A stretch of 45,233 bases of DNA from Eubacteriales bacterium (GTDB lineage: Bacteria; Bacillota; Clostridia; Oscillospirales; CAG-272): the NCBI GenBank assembly GCA_045636085.1, contig JAZTWU010000159.1, positions 1-45,233 on the forward strand, given 5' to 3'. Every line of letters starts with the position of its first letter. Positions within the stretch are counted from its first letter, which is position 1. Positions 25,686 through 34,429 of this stretch are shown piece by piece. A program made the translations under genes and the position numbers. Below the pieces are notes generated by a model. That model saw only the letters and a program-made list of their open reading frames with translations. It ran no database searches and had not been told where the DNA came from.

Positions 25686-26645
25686 ATGAGCAATTTGAGC
25701 GGAATCGAAAAGGGGCTTGAGATCGATGCGGCAGGAAAAACCGACAGCGGTCTTCGCACCCCTTATAATAAGGAGCATTTCGAATCCATCGGCGTGACGC
25801 GCGTCTGGGAAAAATACGACGGTATTCTCACCTTCGGAGAGGGACAAACGCTCGCCATCGTGGACGACGGATGCGACCTCACCGTTCCCGAATGGCAAAC
25901 GGTGCATCCTTGGGGCAAAAAGGTGATCGCCTCCTATAATGTTTACGAGGAAAACGACGATCCCTCCCACGTTCCCCCCGGCTATCACGGAACGACCGTT
26001 GGCTACCCCTCCTCGCTTTGCTACCGCGGCCTTTGCGGCATTGCCTACCGCAATCAAACCGCGCAGATCCGATCCTGCACGGTCGTGCACCTGCCGAAGA
26101 TCGAGGGCGAGGATCTCACGCTTACAAAGGCCTTGACCTGGGTTGCCGAGAATGCAAAAAAATACAACATCACCGCCGTCAACCTCTCCGCGCTGGACGA
26201 TAAGCCTCATACTCAGCCCTGCCCCACCGTGCTGGACGAAGCCCTCGCTCGGCTTCGCAAAATGAATATCTGGGTGAGCGCCCCCTGCGGCAACCTTCAG
26301 CACACGGACGGCATTTCCTGGCCCGCCTGCCAGGAGGAATGCTACGCGATCGGCTCGGTGAAGGACGAGGTCGTTTATAACGACAGATACAAAAACACCG
26401 ACCTTTTGGTGCACGCCCATTTCACCTCCTCCTCCAATGCCTATGCCGCCGCATCCTTTATGATATGGCGCGAAGCCGTGGAAAAAGTAAACTTTCCTTG
26501 GCAAAGCTACGGTGAAACGATGCCCGAGGCCGCCTTGGCGATCTTCAAGCTCACGGGCAAGGATTATTTCGACGAGGTGACAAAGCTCTCCTTCAAGGCG
26601 CTGGATCTCGAAAAGGCCATCGACTTCATTATGCAGAAAAACTAA
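25686..26645 (+). CDS. Minimal signal-less subtilase (peptidase S8-like)
   Basis: The Asp motif is LAIVDDGCD, the His motif is GYHGTTVG, the oxyanion Asn context is SAPCGN, and the Ser region is HFTSSSNAYAAASF (non-canonical versus GTSxAxP). At 319 aa its size resembles intracellular subtilisins. Confidence 0.55.
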   Translation: MSNLSGIEKGLEIDAAGKTDSGLRTPYNKEHFESIGVTRVWEKYDGILTFGEGQTLAIVDDGCDLTVPEWQTVHPWGKKVIASYNVYEENDDPSHVPPGYHGTTVGYPSSLCYRGLCGIAYRNQTAQIRSCTVVHLPKIEGEDLTLTKALTWVAENAKKYNITAVNLSALDDKPHTQPCPTVLDEALARLRKMNIWVSAPCGNLQHTDGISWPACQEECYAIGSVKDEVVYNDRYKNTDLLVHAHFTSSSNAYAAASFMIWREAVEKVNFPWQSYGETMPEAALAIFKLTGKDYFDEVTKLSFKALDLEKAIDFIMQKN

Positions 26646-26697
26646 AAAAAAGCGACCGCTTGGTACCGAAAGGGCAATCAAGCGGCCGTTTTTTTGT
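26644..26697. terminator. Bidirectional terminator shared by the two convergent operons
   Basis: The stem GCGACCGCTTG (26652-26662) / CAAGCGGCCG (26679-26688) has one mismatch. It is flanked by A8 upstream and T7 downstream. Confidence 0.7.
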
Positions 26698-26702
26698 TGT
26701 TT

Positions 26703-27896
26703 TTATCTTTCGATCGGCGTCAGCGGATGCGTCCAAACGCCGTATTCGTTTTTATAATAGACCTTGAAGCTGCCGGCATTCTCGGGAATTTTGCGCGTGA
26801 TCACGCCGCTATCCTTTTCCTCCTCGGTCAGCTCCTCGTATTTTGCAAGCGGGCTGGGGCTATGGCCGTTGGAGCGGAAATCCATATAATGGATGCGGCT
26901 TTCGCCGTCGCAGGGATCGGCCTTCACGGTGATATAGCCATCCGAGATCTCATAGCTCGTTTCTGCACCGACAACGCCGAAATAAACGCTCTCATCCGTT
27001 CCCTTTAAGTGAAGCTCGTAATAGCCGCGCGCGGGTGAAAGCGTGATCATCGCGTGGCCATAGACCTTGAAGGTTTGCCAAATCTCGCCGTTTTCGATCA
27101 GCTCCACCTCGCCCTCCCCCTCAAGGAAGGTGGAAAGCAAAACGCTCTCACCAAGACGGTAGTTCGAATAATTTCCGTTGTCCACCGCGATTTTCGGCGG
27201 ATTTTCCGGCGGCTTATAATCCTTAACAAGCGCATCCACACGCATATCGAGGGGCAGAACGCTCTCGATGCGATCGTAGCGATCCAGATGGAAGAGCGCG
27301 TATTTTTCGAAAAACTCCATCGGGGTGAAGCTTCTTCTTGCGCAGGTGGGGCGGATCGCCTCCGATACCTCAATGAAGAGAACGGCGCCGCTCTCATCCT
27401 TCACGATATCCGTGATAAGCGCCACGTGGTTTCTTCCCTCGCCAAAGGCATAGAGAACGTCCAGAAGGCGGATATCCTCGGCCTTATAGCATCCGTGATC
27501 CGCAATGCGGCGCATTCCGGGTATGGTTTCCCATTTCGCGGTGCTCACGCGGTAAGGAATGCCGAGTGCATAGCGCACAAGGCCGTTGCAAACGATACCG
27601 AAATTGCAGGCATAATACTGCGCCTGTCCGGGCTGATACAGCTTGCTATCGGGATTATCGATGGCCGAAAGAAAGCTCTCGATCGAAACGTTTTCCGTGA
27701 TAAAGGAATCCGTTTTTTCCGTGGAGGCATAAGGGAAGCCCTTCAGGGGCTTGCCTGCGGGAAGACAGCAGCTTCCCTTATCGCGCATATAGGTCGGAAG
27801 CTCTCGCACGGGCGTGAAGACGAGCTCGGTCAGCTGAAGGCTTCTTTCGAGAACGGCCGCCTCGGCCTCCGTTTTCGGCTCGGTATGAATCAGCAT
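26703..27896 (-). CDS. Hypothetical cytoplasmic protein; possible papain-fold (NlpC/P60-like) Cys-His hydrolase N-domain plus beta-rich C-domain
   Basis: It has a good RBS (aaaggag) and codon usage like its neighbours. FGIVCNGLVRYALG, followed about 53 residues later by GRNHVALITDI, resembles the Cys...His spacing of NlpC/P60. I did not recognise the family with confidence. Confidence 0.55.
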   Translation of the reverse strand: MLIHTEPKTEAEAAVLERSLQLTELVFTPVRELPTYMRDKGSCCLPAGKPLKGFPYASTEKTDSFITENVSIESFLSAIDNPDSKLYQPGQAQYYACNFGIVCNGLVRYALGIPYRVSTAKWETIPGMRRIADHGCYKAEDIRLLDVLYAFGEGRNHVALITDIVKDESGAVLFIEVSEAIRPTCARRSFTPMEFFEKYALFHLDRYDRIESVLPLDMRVDALVKDYKPPENPPKIAVDNGNYSNYRLGESVLLSTFLEGEGEVELIENGEIWQTFKVYGHAMITLSPARGYYELHLKGTDESVYFGVVGAETSYEISDGYITVKADPCDGESRIHYMDFRSNGHSPSPLAKYEELTEEEKDSGVITRKIPENAGSFKVYYKNEYGVWTHPLTPIER

Positions 27897-27928
27897 ATGG
27901 ACTCCTTTTAGAAAAAAGCTTTGTTTTT

Positions 27929-28687
27929 TTACAGATATTCGATCTCGTTGCGGATCGCGCCGAGCTCGTCGGGCTTCTCCTCAAAGACCTTATTCTTATC
28001 CTCAAGCTTCAAAAACTCCTCGTAATAGCGAAGTCCGAATTCGCGAAGGGCAGGAGCGGAAAAATGAAGATTATCGGGATTGGAAAGCAGTCCCTCGGCC
28101 GAGGCAAATCCGATCATTTTATCCTTTTTGGGAAGATTTTGCAAAGTATCATTTACAATCTTGATATAAGGTGCGCGCTCCAGCGGATAAAAATTATAAG
28201 TAAAGTCTCCAAGTCCGCCAACAATAAAGGGAACGTCATAGAGATTCAAGCGGCGGCGAAGCGCACCGAAAATTTTCATCACCTTTTCTTCATAAAAGGG
28301 TGCTCTCTGCTCGCTGGTATCGCTCTCGCCCTGATGCCAGAGCACGGCAACAATCGTGGAGGTGCGGCTTGCAAGCTCCGCCATATAGCAGGCGTGGTCA
28401 AAAAGCAGACCGCCAACCGCCCATTGATCAAGGCAAGTGCCGCCGTCCGCGCAGGGAATGATACCAACGTCAACGCCCTTTTCATCGTGATAGCGTTTCG
28501 CGAAGCTTTCCGCAAGATTGACGCCCGATGTTCTACGATCGGGATTGACGGGGCAATACATCGGGATCCAGCGCCCGTTGCGCAAAACCTTCAGCGCCTC
28601 ATCCGGATTCGGAATAGGCTCCACCTCACCGGCAAAGCCGCGCCCCCCCATATTGGATTGGCCAATGATCAAAACGGAATGGATCAT
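27929..28687 (-). CDS. Sialate O-acetylesterase-like SGNH hydrolase (SASA/DUF303 family)
   Basis: VLIIGQSNMGGRG contains the catalytic Ser in GQSNM. Also present are LWHQGESD and a C-terminal DNLH (Asp-x-x-His). There is no signal peptide. Confidence 0.8.
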   Translation of the reverse strand: MIHSVLIIGQSNMGGRGFAGEVEPIPNPDEALKVLRNGRWIPMYCPVNPDRRTSGVNLAESFAKRYHDEKGVDVGIIPCADGGTCLDQWAVGGLLFDHACYMAELASRTSTIVAVLWHQGESDTSEQRAPFYEEKVMKIFGALRRRLNLYDVPFIVGGLGDFTYNFYPLERAPYIKIVNDTLQNLPKKDKMIGFASAEGLLSNPDNLHFSAPALREFGLRYYEEFLKLEDKNKVFEEKPDELGAIRNEIEYL

Positions 28688-28709
28688 ATTTTTTCTCCTT
28701 TTTTGGATT

Positions 28710-30104
28710 TTAAAGATCTTTTTTCAGTCTTCCCTTTTTATATTTTGCAAAAAGATAAACGGTGATCGGAATATAAACGACATCCAGAAGGATATAAGAG
28801 ATCGGATAGCAAAGATAGATCGAGGAAAGCTCGTGCGGCAAAATTCCGCCGTAATAGAAGAACTGCATCCATACGGTACGGAAGCCGAGCACGCCGAGAA
28901 GGTTGACGACCATCTGCAGTATCGGATACCCGAAGGCCTGAATCGTTGCAGCCAAGGGCGTGCAGTAAAGGAAGAAGAAAAACGCAAGATAGAAGGTGGA
29001 AATCGTTCCGCAATAAATGGCCTCGGCATTCGTTCCGACGAAGGGATAAAGGAAGGCCTCGACGAAGACCGTCATCAGAACGCCAAGCGAGAAGGAGAGC
29101 ACGAAAAGCATCAGCGCACAGTACCAGAAGCTCTTTCGCACGCGATCGGGCTTGCCCGCGCCGATATTCTGGCCGATAAAGGTCTGCGCGGCCACGTGAT
29201 AGGCGGAATTGATCGCAAGAATGATCATCTGAAGCTGGGCGGCGGCACTCTCACCCGCCATCGTATCCGCGCCGTATTCGTTCAGCGCCGCATAGATCAG
29301 AATATTCGAAACCGAGAAAAGCGCCGTGCAAAGGCCGCTCGGAAGACCGTAGCGCAGGATCTTGAAAAAGCATTGCCAATTCATACGAAGATCGGAAAGC
29401 GTGATGCGGCAGGGCCCGTCCATACGGAAGAGGCGAAAAAGAAGCATCGCGGCGCCAACCACCTGCGCAAGCACCGTTGCCAGCGCGACGGCAAGGATCT
29501 TCGAGGGGAGCGCAAGGCAGAACACGAGGTTCAAAACCACGTTGAGACCGCCCGAAAGGAGCATATAGTACATCGGGCGCTTGCTGTCTCCCGTGGCGCG
29601 CAGAATGGCCGCGCAGTAGTTGTAAAGGAGAAGCACGGGCATTCCCGCCATATTCACGATAGCATAAAGCCAAGCCTCGTCATAGCATTCGTCGGGGCAA
29701 TGCATCATCGTGAGGAAGGTTGCCATCAGCGAAATGCTGAAAACCGCGATCACAACGCCGATCAGAAGCGCGGCAAGCACGGAGGCGCTCACCGTTTTCT
29801 TTGCCTTATCCTCTTCCTTCGCTCCGAGATAGCGAGCAAGAAGGATGCTCGTTCCCACCGAAATACCGATGGAAAGATTTTTAAAGAAATTTAAAAGAGG
29901 GTTGGTGCATCCGATGGAGGCAACCTCCGTGCCCGTTACGGAAAAGAAATTCACCATCGCCATATCCACCGCGTTGAAGAGCGTTTGCATCACGTTGGAG
30001 AGGATGATTGGAATCACGAAGATCAGAATGGAGGAAAAAATCGGCCCCTCCGTGATCGGATCCTTATAAACTGCCTTCTTTTTCAAGGCTTTTACTTCGG
30101 TCAT
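28710..30104 (-). CDS. MATE-family transporter, paralogue 5 (most diverged)
   Basis: It has 12-TM-like hydrophobicity. Blocks shared with its four neighbours: GPIFSS..F.IPI, CPDEC, GDSKRP, IQAFGYP and RTVWMQF. Confidence 0.85.
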   Translation of the reverse strand: MTEVKALKKKAVYKDPITEGPIFSSILIFVIPIILSNVMQTLFNAVDMAMVNFFSVTGTEVASIGCTNPLLNFFKNLSIGISVGTSILLARYLGAKEEDKAKKTVSASVLAALLIGVVIAVFSISLMATFLTMMHCPDECYDEAWLYAIVNMAGMPVLLLYNYCAAILRATGDSKRPMYYMLLSGGLNVVLNLVFCLALPSKILAVALATVLAQVVGAAMLLFRLFRMDGPCRITLSDLRMNWQCFFKILRYGLPSGLCTALFSVSNILIYAALNEYGADTMAGESAAAQLQMIILAINSAYHVAAQTFIGQNIGAGKPDRVRKSFWYCALMLFVLSFSLGVLMTVFVEAFLYPFVGTNAEAIYCGTISTFYLAFFFFLYCTPLAATIQAFGYPILQMVVNLLGVLGFRTVWMQFFYYGGILPHELSSIYLCYPISYILLDVVYIPITVYLFAKYKKGRLKKDL

Positions 30105-30127
30105 CTTAAAGCTTCCTTATCTTTGTT

Positions 30128-31498
30128 TTAGATCTTTTCGTTGAGTTTTCCCTTGGCGTAGCGGTAAAAGAGCACGACCGCGATCGGAATATAGATTAAG
30201 GCGATAACGCTGTACGAAATGGGATAGCAGAGGAAGAGATTCAGAGGCGTGGGCGCGATCAGCTTTCCGTAAACAAACTGCATCCACACCGTGCGAAGCC
30301 CCAGCGTGATCGCAAGGTTCACGGCCGTTTGCAGCTGCGGAAATCCGAATGCCTGAATGGCGGCGCCAAGCGGCGTTTGCACGATGAAATACGCCATCAG
30401 CACCACGCGCATACGAAGCAGAGCCGTCTCCAGCGCAACGCCGCTTCCCGCACCGAAGAGTGCCGCGAATTGCTTGCCGAATAAAAGCACGATGCAGCTT
30501 CCCCCGAAGGTTACGAGAAACTGCACAAAAAGCATATAATAGAACGCGCGATACACACGCGGCTTCTTGCCGGCGCCGATATTCTGCCCCATAAAGGTGA
30601 GCGCCGTGGCGGAAAAGGAGGAGCCTGCATTGGCAACGATATTTTCATACTGCATACAGGCAACGCTTCCCGTGAGGAAATCCGCACCGAAGCCATTCAT
30701 TGCCGTTTGCACCTGAAGGTTGCTCAAGGGATACACCATATTCGTGATTGCCGTGGGAAGACCATACCAGAGCATTTTCTTAAAGGATGCAAAATCGAAA
30801 ATGATTTTCCTTATATTCCAACGGCAAGCCCCCTCCGATTTTGAAAGCCGACGGAGCGAAAGATAGGCGCCCAGCACCTGAGAAAGCATCGTTGCCAATG
30901 CAACGGCGGCAACCTTCTGCGTAAAGAGCAGGCAGAAGATAAAATTCAATACGAGGTTGGCCGAGCCGGAGATGACCATATAGCGAAGCGGGCTTTGGCT
31001 ATCTCCCGAAACGCGGATCACGGCGGCCGCATAATAATAGATAAGAATAAACGGCATTCCGAGAAAATACAGTCTCGAATACAAGGCCGCCTGCGAAAAG
31101 CATTCCTCGGGGCAGTCCGTGAGCAGAAGAAAGGGCTCTGCGGCCGCAAGGCCGATGATCGCAATCAGAGAGCCGAGCAGGGCACCCGTGAGGATCGCCG
31201 TGGAAACCACCTTGCGCACGCGCTCGCGGTCTCCCTCTCCGAGCAGGCGCGCGAGAATGATATTGACGCCGACGCAAAGCCCAACGCTGAACTGCGAAAA
31301 AAGCCCGTTGACGGACGAGGTTGCGCCAACGGCGGCAACCGCCGTTCCCGCATCAAACCAGGAAAGCACCATAAGATCCACCGCGTGGAACATCGTGCTG
31401 ATCAGATTGGCGACAAGAAGCGGGATGGCAAAGCGGATCATCGTGGAAAAGAGGGGGCCGCCCGTCAGATCCAGATCCTTTCTTTTTGCTAAAAGCAT
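30128..31498 (-). CDS. MATE-family transporter, paralogue 4
   Basis: Shared blocks present: CPEEC, GDSQSP, IQAFGFP and RTVWMQF. I moved the start from the track's TTG 31525 to ATG 31498 (MLLAKRKDLDLTGGPLF, RBS aaggaag), which aligns with the N-termini of the paralogues. Confidence 0.85.
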   Translation of the reverse strand: MLLAKRKDLDLTGGPLFSTMIRFAIPLLVANLISTMFHAVDLMVLSWFDAGTAVAAVGATSSVNGLFSQFSVGLCVGVNIILARLLGEGDRERVRKVVSTAILTGALLGSLIAIIGLAAAEPFLLLTDCPEECFSQAALYSRLYFLGMPFILIYYYAAAVIRVSGDSQSPLRYMVISGSANLVLNFIFCLLFTQKVAAVALATMLSQVLGAYLSLRRLSKSEGACRWNIRKIIFDFASFKKMLWYGLPTAITNMVYPLSNLQVQTAMNGFGADFLTGSVACMQYENIVANAGSSFSATALTFMGQNIGAGKKPRVYRAFYYMLFVQFLVTFGGSCIVLLFGKQFAALFGAGSGVALETALLRMRVVLMAYFIVQTPLGAAIQAFGFPQLQTAVNLAITLGLRTVWMQFVYGKLIAPTPLNLFLCYPISYSVIALIYIPIAVVLFYRYAKGKLNEKI

Positions 31499-31585
31499 AG
31501 CTACACTTCCTTTTGGAAAAATCAAAAAATGAACGTCCGACGGCCGCCCTGAAGGAAAGCCGAAAAGCAGAGAGCGAAGAAGAAA

Positions 31586-32977
31586 TCAGATCTTATAGCG
31601 GATCTTATCCCTTTTCAGCCTCACGAAAAGCACGACAATGATCGGCACATAAAGAACAAAATTCACAAGATAAGAGAGCGGATAGCAAAAATAGAGCGTA
31701 TCCAGCGTTGCTCTATAAGGATAAACGAACTGCATCCAGAGCGTTCGCAGGCCAACGACCGTGGCCACATTGATCGCGGTTTGCAGTGTTGGACGCCCGA
31801 AGGCCTGAATCGTGGAAGCCATGGGATTATGCGAAATGATATAGAAGAGTGCCACATACTTCATACGCACCGCGCCCTGCGCGATCGAGTCGGGATCTCC
31901 CGCAACGAAAATGGAAAGCAGGGGCTCGCGGAAAATATAGAAGCTCACGGCAAGCGATGCCGTTACGGCGACCGAAAGAGCCCAGCTATACCAGAAGGCG
32001 CGGTACACTCTTTCCTTTTTCCTTGCACCGAGGTTCTGGCCGATCACGGTCAATGCAGCGGTGGTCACAGCGCCGCCCGCCGTACCAACGATGGTTTCGT
32101 ATTGGATCGCGGCGGTATTGCCCGCAATGGCGGCCGTGCCGTGCAAGTTGATCGCGGACTGGATCTGCACATTGGTGATCGGATAAAGCGCGGTGGTCAA
32201 GGCTGTCGGCAGTCCGTAAAGAATGATCTTTTTAAAGGCGCTGAAATCAAAGCACTTCCCTTTGATATCAAAGCGGCAGATGCCTTCCGAAACGAGCAGG
32301 CGGCGCAGAGCCAGGAATGCGCCGAGCGCCTGCGAGATCAGCGTTGCCAGCGCAACGGCAACGACCTTTCTCGGCAAAACAATGCAGAAAACGGTGTTCA
32401 GCACCACGTTGCAGGTGCCCGATATGAGCATATAGAAAAGCGGACGCTCGCTATCGCCCGAAACGCGCAGGATCGTGGAGCCGTACTGATTTAAAAGCAA
32501 AAATGGCGCGCCGATAAAATAAATGGCGGCATAAAGCGTAGCATCCGCGAGGCATTCCTCGGGGCAATTCATAAAGACGAGCACGGTGCGCCCAAGCGTC
32601 GTTCCGAGAAGGGCAAGGACAAGTCCCATGCCAAAGGCGGTATAGATCGCCGTTGCAATCACAAGACGGGAATTTCTCTCATCCCCCTGCCCGATCAGAC
32701 GGGCGAGCACAATGCTCACGCCGCCGCAAAGGCCAATGGCAAACTGCGTGAAAAGCGAAATGATACTGCTCGTTGCGCCAACGGAGGCGATCTCGTTTCC
32801 AATGGCAAACCAGGAGAGCACCATCATATCCGCGGCGGAAAACAGCGTGGTTACAATATTGGCAAGAACGATCGGCAGCGAAAACAGAACGATCGTTTTA
32901 AAAAGCGGTCCGCTCGTTAAATCCAGATCCGTGCGGCGGGAAAAAATACTGCGCCGCTTCACGCTTTGTGTGTTCAT
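31586..32977 (-). CDS. MATE-family transporter, paralogue 3
   Basis: Shared blocks present: CPEEC (32552-32566), GDSERP, IQAFGRP and RTLWMQF. Confidence 0.85.
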   Translation of the reverse strand: MNTQSVKRRSIFSRRTDLDLTSGPLFKTIVLFSLPIVLANIVTTLFSAADMMVLSWFAIGNEIASVGATSSIISLFTQFAIGLCGGVSIVLARLIGQGDERNSRLVIATAIYTAFGMGLVLALLGTTLGRTVLVFMNCPEECLADATLYAAIYFIGAPFLLLNQYGSTILRVSGDSERPLFYMLISGTCNVVLNTVFCIVLPRKVVAVALATLISQALGAFLALRRLLVSEGICRFDIKGKCFDFSAFKKIILYGLPTALTTALYPITNVQIQSAINLHGTAAIAGNTAAIQYETIVGTAGGAVTTAALTVIGQNLGARKKERVYRAFWYSWALSVAVTASLAVSFYIFREPLLSIFVAGDPDSIAQGAVRMKYVALFYIISHNPMASTIQAFGRPTLQTAINVATVVGLRTLWMQFVYPYRATLDTLYFCYPLSYLVNFVLYVPIIVVLFVRLKRDKIRYKI

Positions 32978-33009
32978 ATGGTTCCTCTTTTATCCTGTGC
33001 GGAATTTCT

Positions 33010-34380
33010 TCAGATATTTTTCTTATATACGCCCTTGCGATAGCGCAGAAGCACCAGAGCCGCCAGTCCTCCCGTCACAACTTGCACCGCGGTGAAGGAA
33101 ATAGGATAGCAAAGATAGAGATTTTCAATCGTGTCAGGCAGAATTTTTCCGTATATAAACTGCATCCATACCGTGCGGAAGCCGAAAATACCGATCAGGT
33201 TGATCGTGGTTTGTATTCCGGGGTATCCGAAGGCCTGCAGGGTGGTGCCGAATATAGTCATCGCGAAGGGATAGAAAAGCAGAACGTATTGCATGCGGAT
33301 CATTCCTTGATTGACGGCCTCGGCATCCGCGCCCGTGAAGATCGGCAAAAGCTGACGGCCGAAGATAAAGAAGGTCAACGAAAGCACGATCGCTATCGTG
33401 CTCTCCATTGCTTGCGCATAGAAGAAGGAGCGATACACGCGTTTCGGCTTTTTTGCGCCGATATTCTGCCCAAGGAAGGTCATCGCCGTGGAGGTCAGAG
33501 CCGCGCAGGCATTGTTAACGATGCTTTCATACTGGGCGGAGGCCGTGTTTCCCGCAATGGCGGCCGTGCCGTGCAAGTTGATCGCGGACTGGATCTGCAG
33601 GTTTGCGATCGGATACAGCATGCTCGTCAGGGCCGCGGGGAAGCCGTACTGTATCATTTTCCCGAAGGTTCTGAAATCGAAGCGGATTTTTTTGGTGTCC
33701 CAATGCGCAATTCCGTCCACCGTGGCAAGACGGCGCAGGCAAAGGCAGGCGCTAAGCGCATTGGAGATCAGGGTTGCGATCGCAACCGCAAGCACCTTAT
33801 AGGGTAAAATGATACAGAAAAGGATATTGAGCACGAGGTTGGTAAATCCGCCGATGATCATATAGTAAAGCGGATGCTTGCTGTCTCCCGAAACGCGAAT
33901 GGCCGATGCTGCATAGTTATAGACGAGATAAGCGGGCATTCCGATAATATAGATGATGGCATAGAGCCTTGCATCCGCATAGCAATCCGCGGGACAATTC
34001 GTCCAAGCCAGGAAGGACGGAACCAAAAGCGCGCCGATCGCGGCAAGCACAATGCCAAGGAAAACACCCGTGAGAATCGAGGTGGAAAGCACGGTTTGCG
34101 CGCGATCCTTTTCCTTGCTTCCGAAGCATCTTGCAAGAATGATATTCGCGCCCGCACCGAGGCCGACGGCCGAATTTAAAAAGAGCGAGGTGAGCGCAGA
34201 GGTCGCGCCAACGGCGGCCACCTCCGTGCCAACGGCAAAGCGCGCCAAAACTCCCATATCCACCGCATGATAAAGAGCGAAGAAAAGATTGGATAGGATC
34301 AGAGGGATCGTGAAGGAAACCATCGAGGAGAAAAGCGGCCCCTCCGTTATATTCAGGTGTTTCTTGCTTGCAAGGAGCAT
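33010..34380 (-). CDS. MATE-family transporter, paralogue 2
   Basis: Shared blocks present: CPADC, GDSKHP, LQAFGYP and RTVWMQF. Confidence 0.85.
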   Translation of the reverse strand: MLLASKKHLNITEGPLFSSMVSFTIPLILSNLFFALYHAVDMGVLARFAVGTEVAAVGATSALTSLFLNSAVGLGAGANIILARCFGSKEKDRAQTVLSTSILTGVFLGIVLAAIGALLVPSFLAWTNCPADCYADARLYAIIYIIGMPAYLVYNYAASAIRVSGDSKHPLYYMIIGGFTNLVLNILFCIILPYKVLAVAIATLISNALSACLCLRRLATVDGIAHWDTKKIRFDFRTFGKMIQYGFPAALTSMLYPIANLQIQSAINLHGTAAIAGNTASAQYESIVNNACAALTSTAMTFLGQNIGAKKPKRVYRSFFYAQAMESTIAIVLSLTFFIFGRQLLPIFTGADAEAVNQGMIRMQYVLLFYPFAMTIFGTTLQAFGYPGIQTTINLIGIFGFRTVWMQFIYGKILPDTIENLYLCYPISFTAVQVVTGGLAALVLLRYRKGVYKKNI

Positions 34381-34429
34381 ACGAAGATACCCTTCCTTTC
34401 GTAGAAAGTCATAACCGATTACCGAAAAA

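Noticed and set aside
28518-29894. A 458-aa plus-strand ORF, with similar 237-351-aa plus-strand ORFs over the other MATE genes (31781-32494, 32968-33807, 34886-35863)
   Set aside because: All lie antisense to the MATE paralogues. They resemble each other only because the sense genes are paralogous, and their composition is extremely Arg/Gly/His/Lys-rich.
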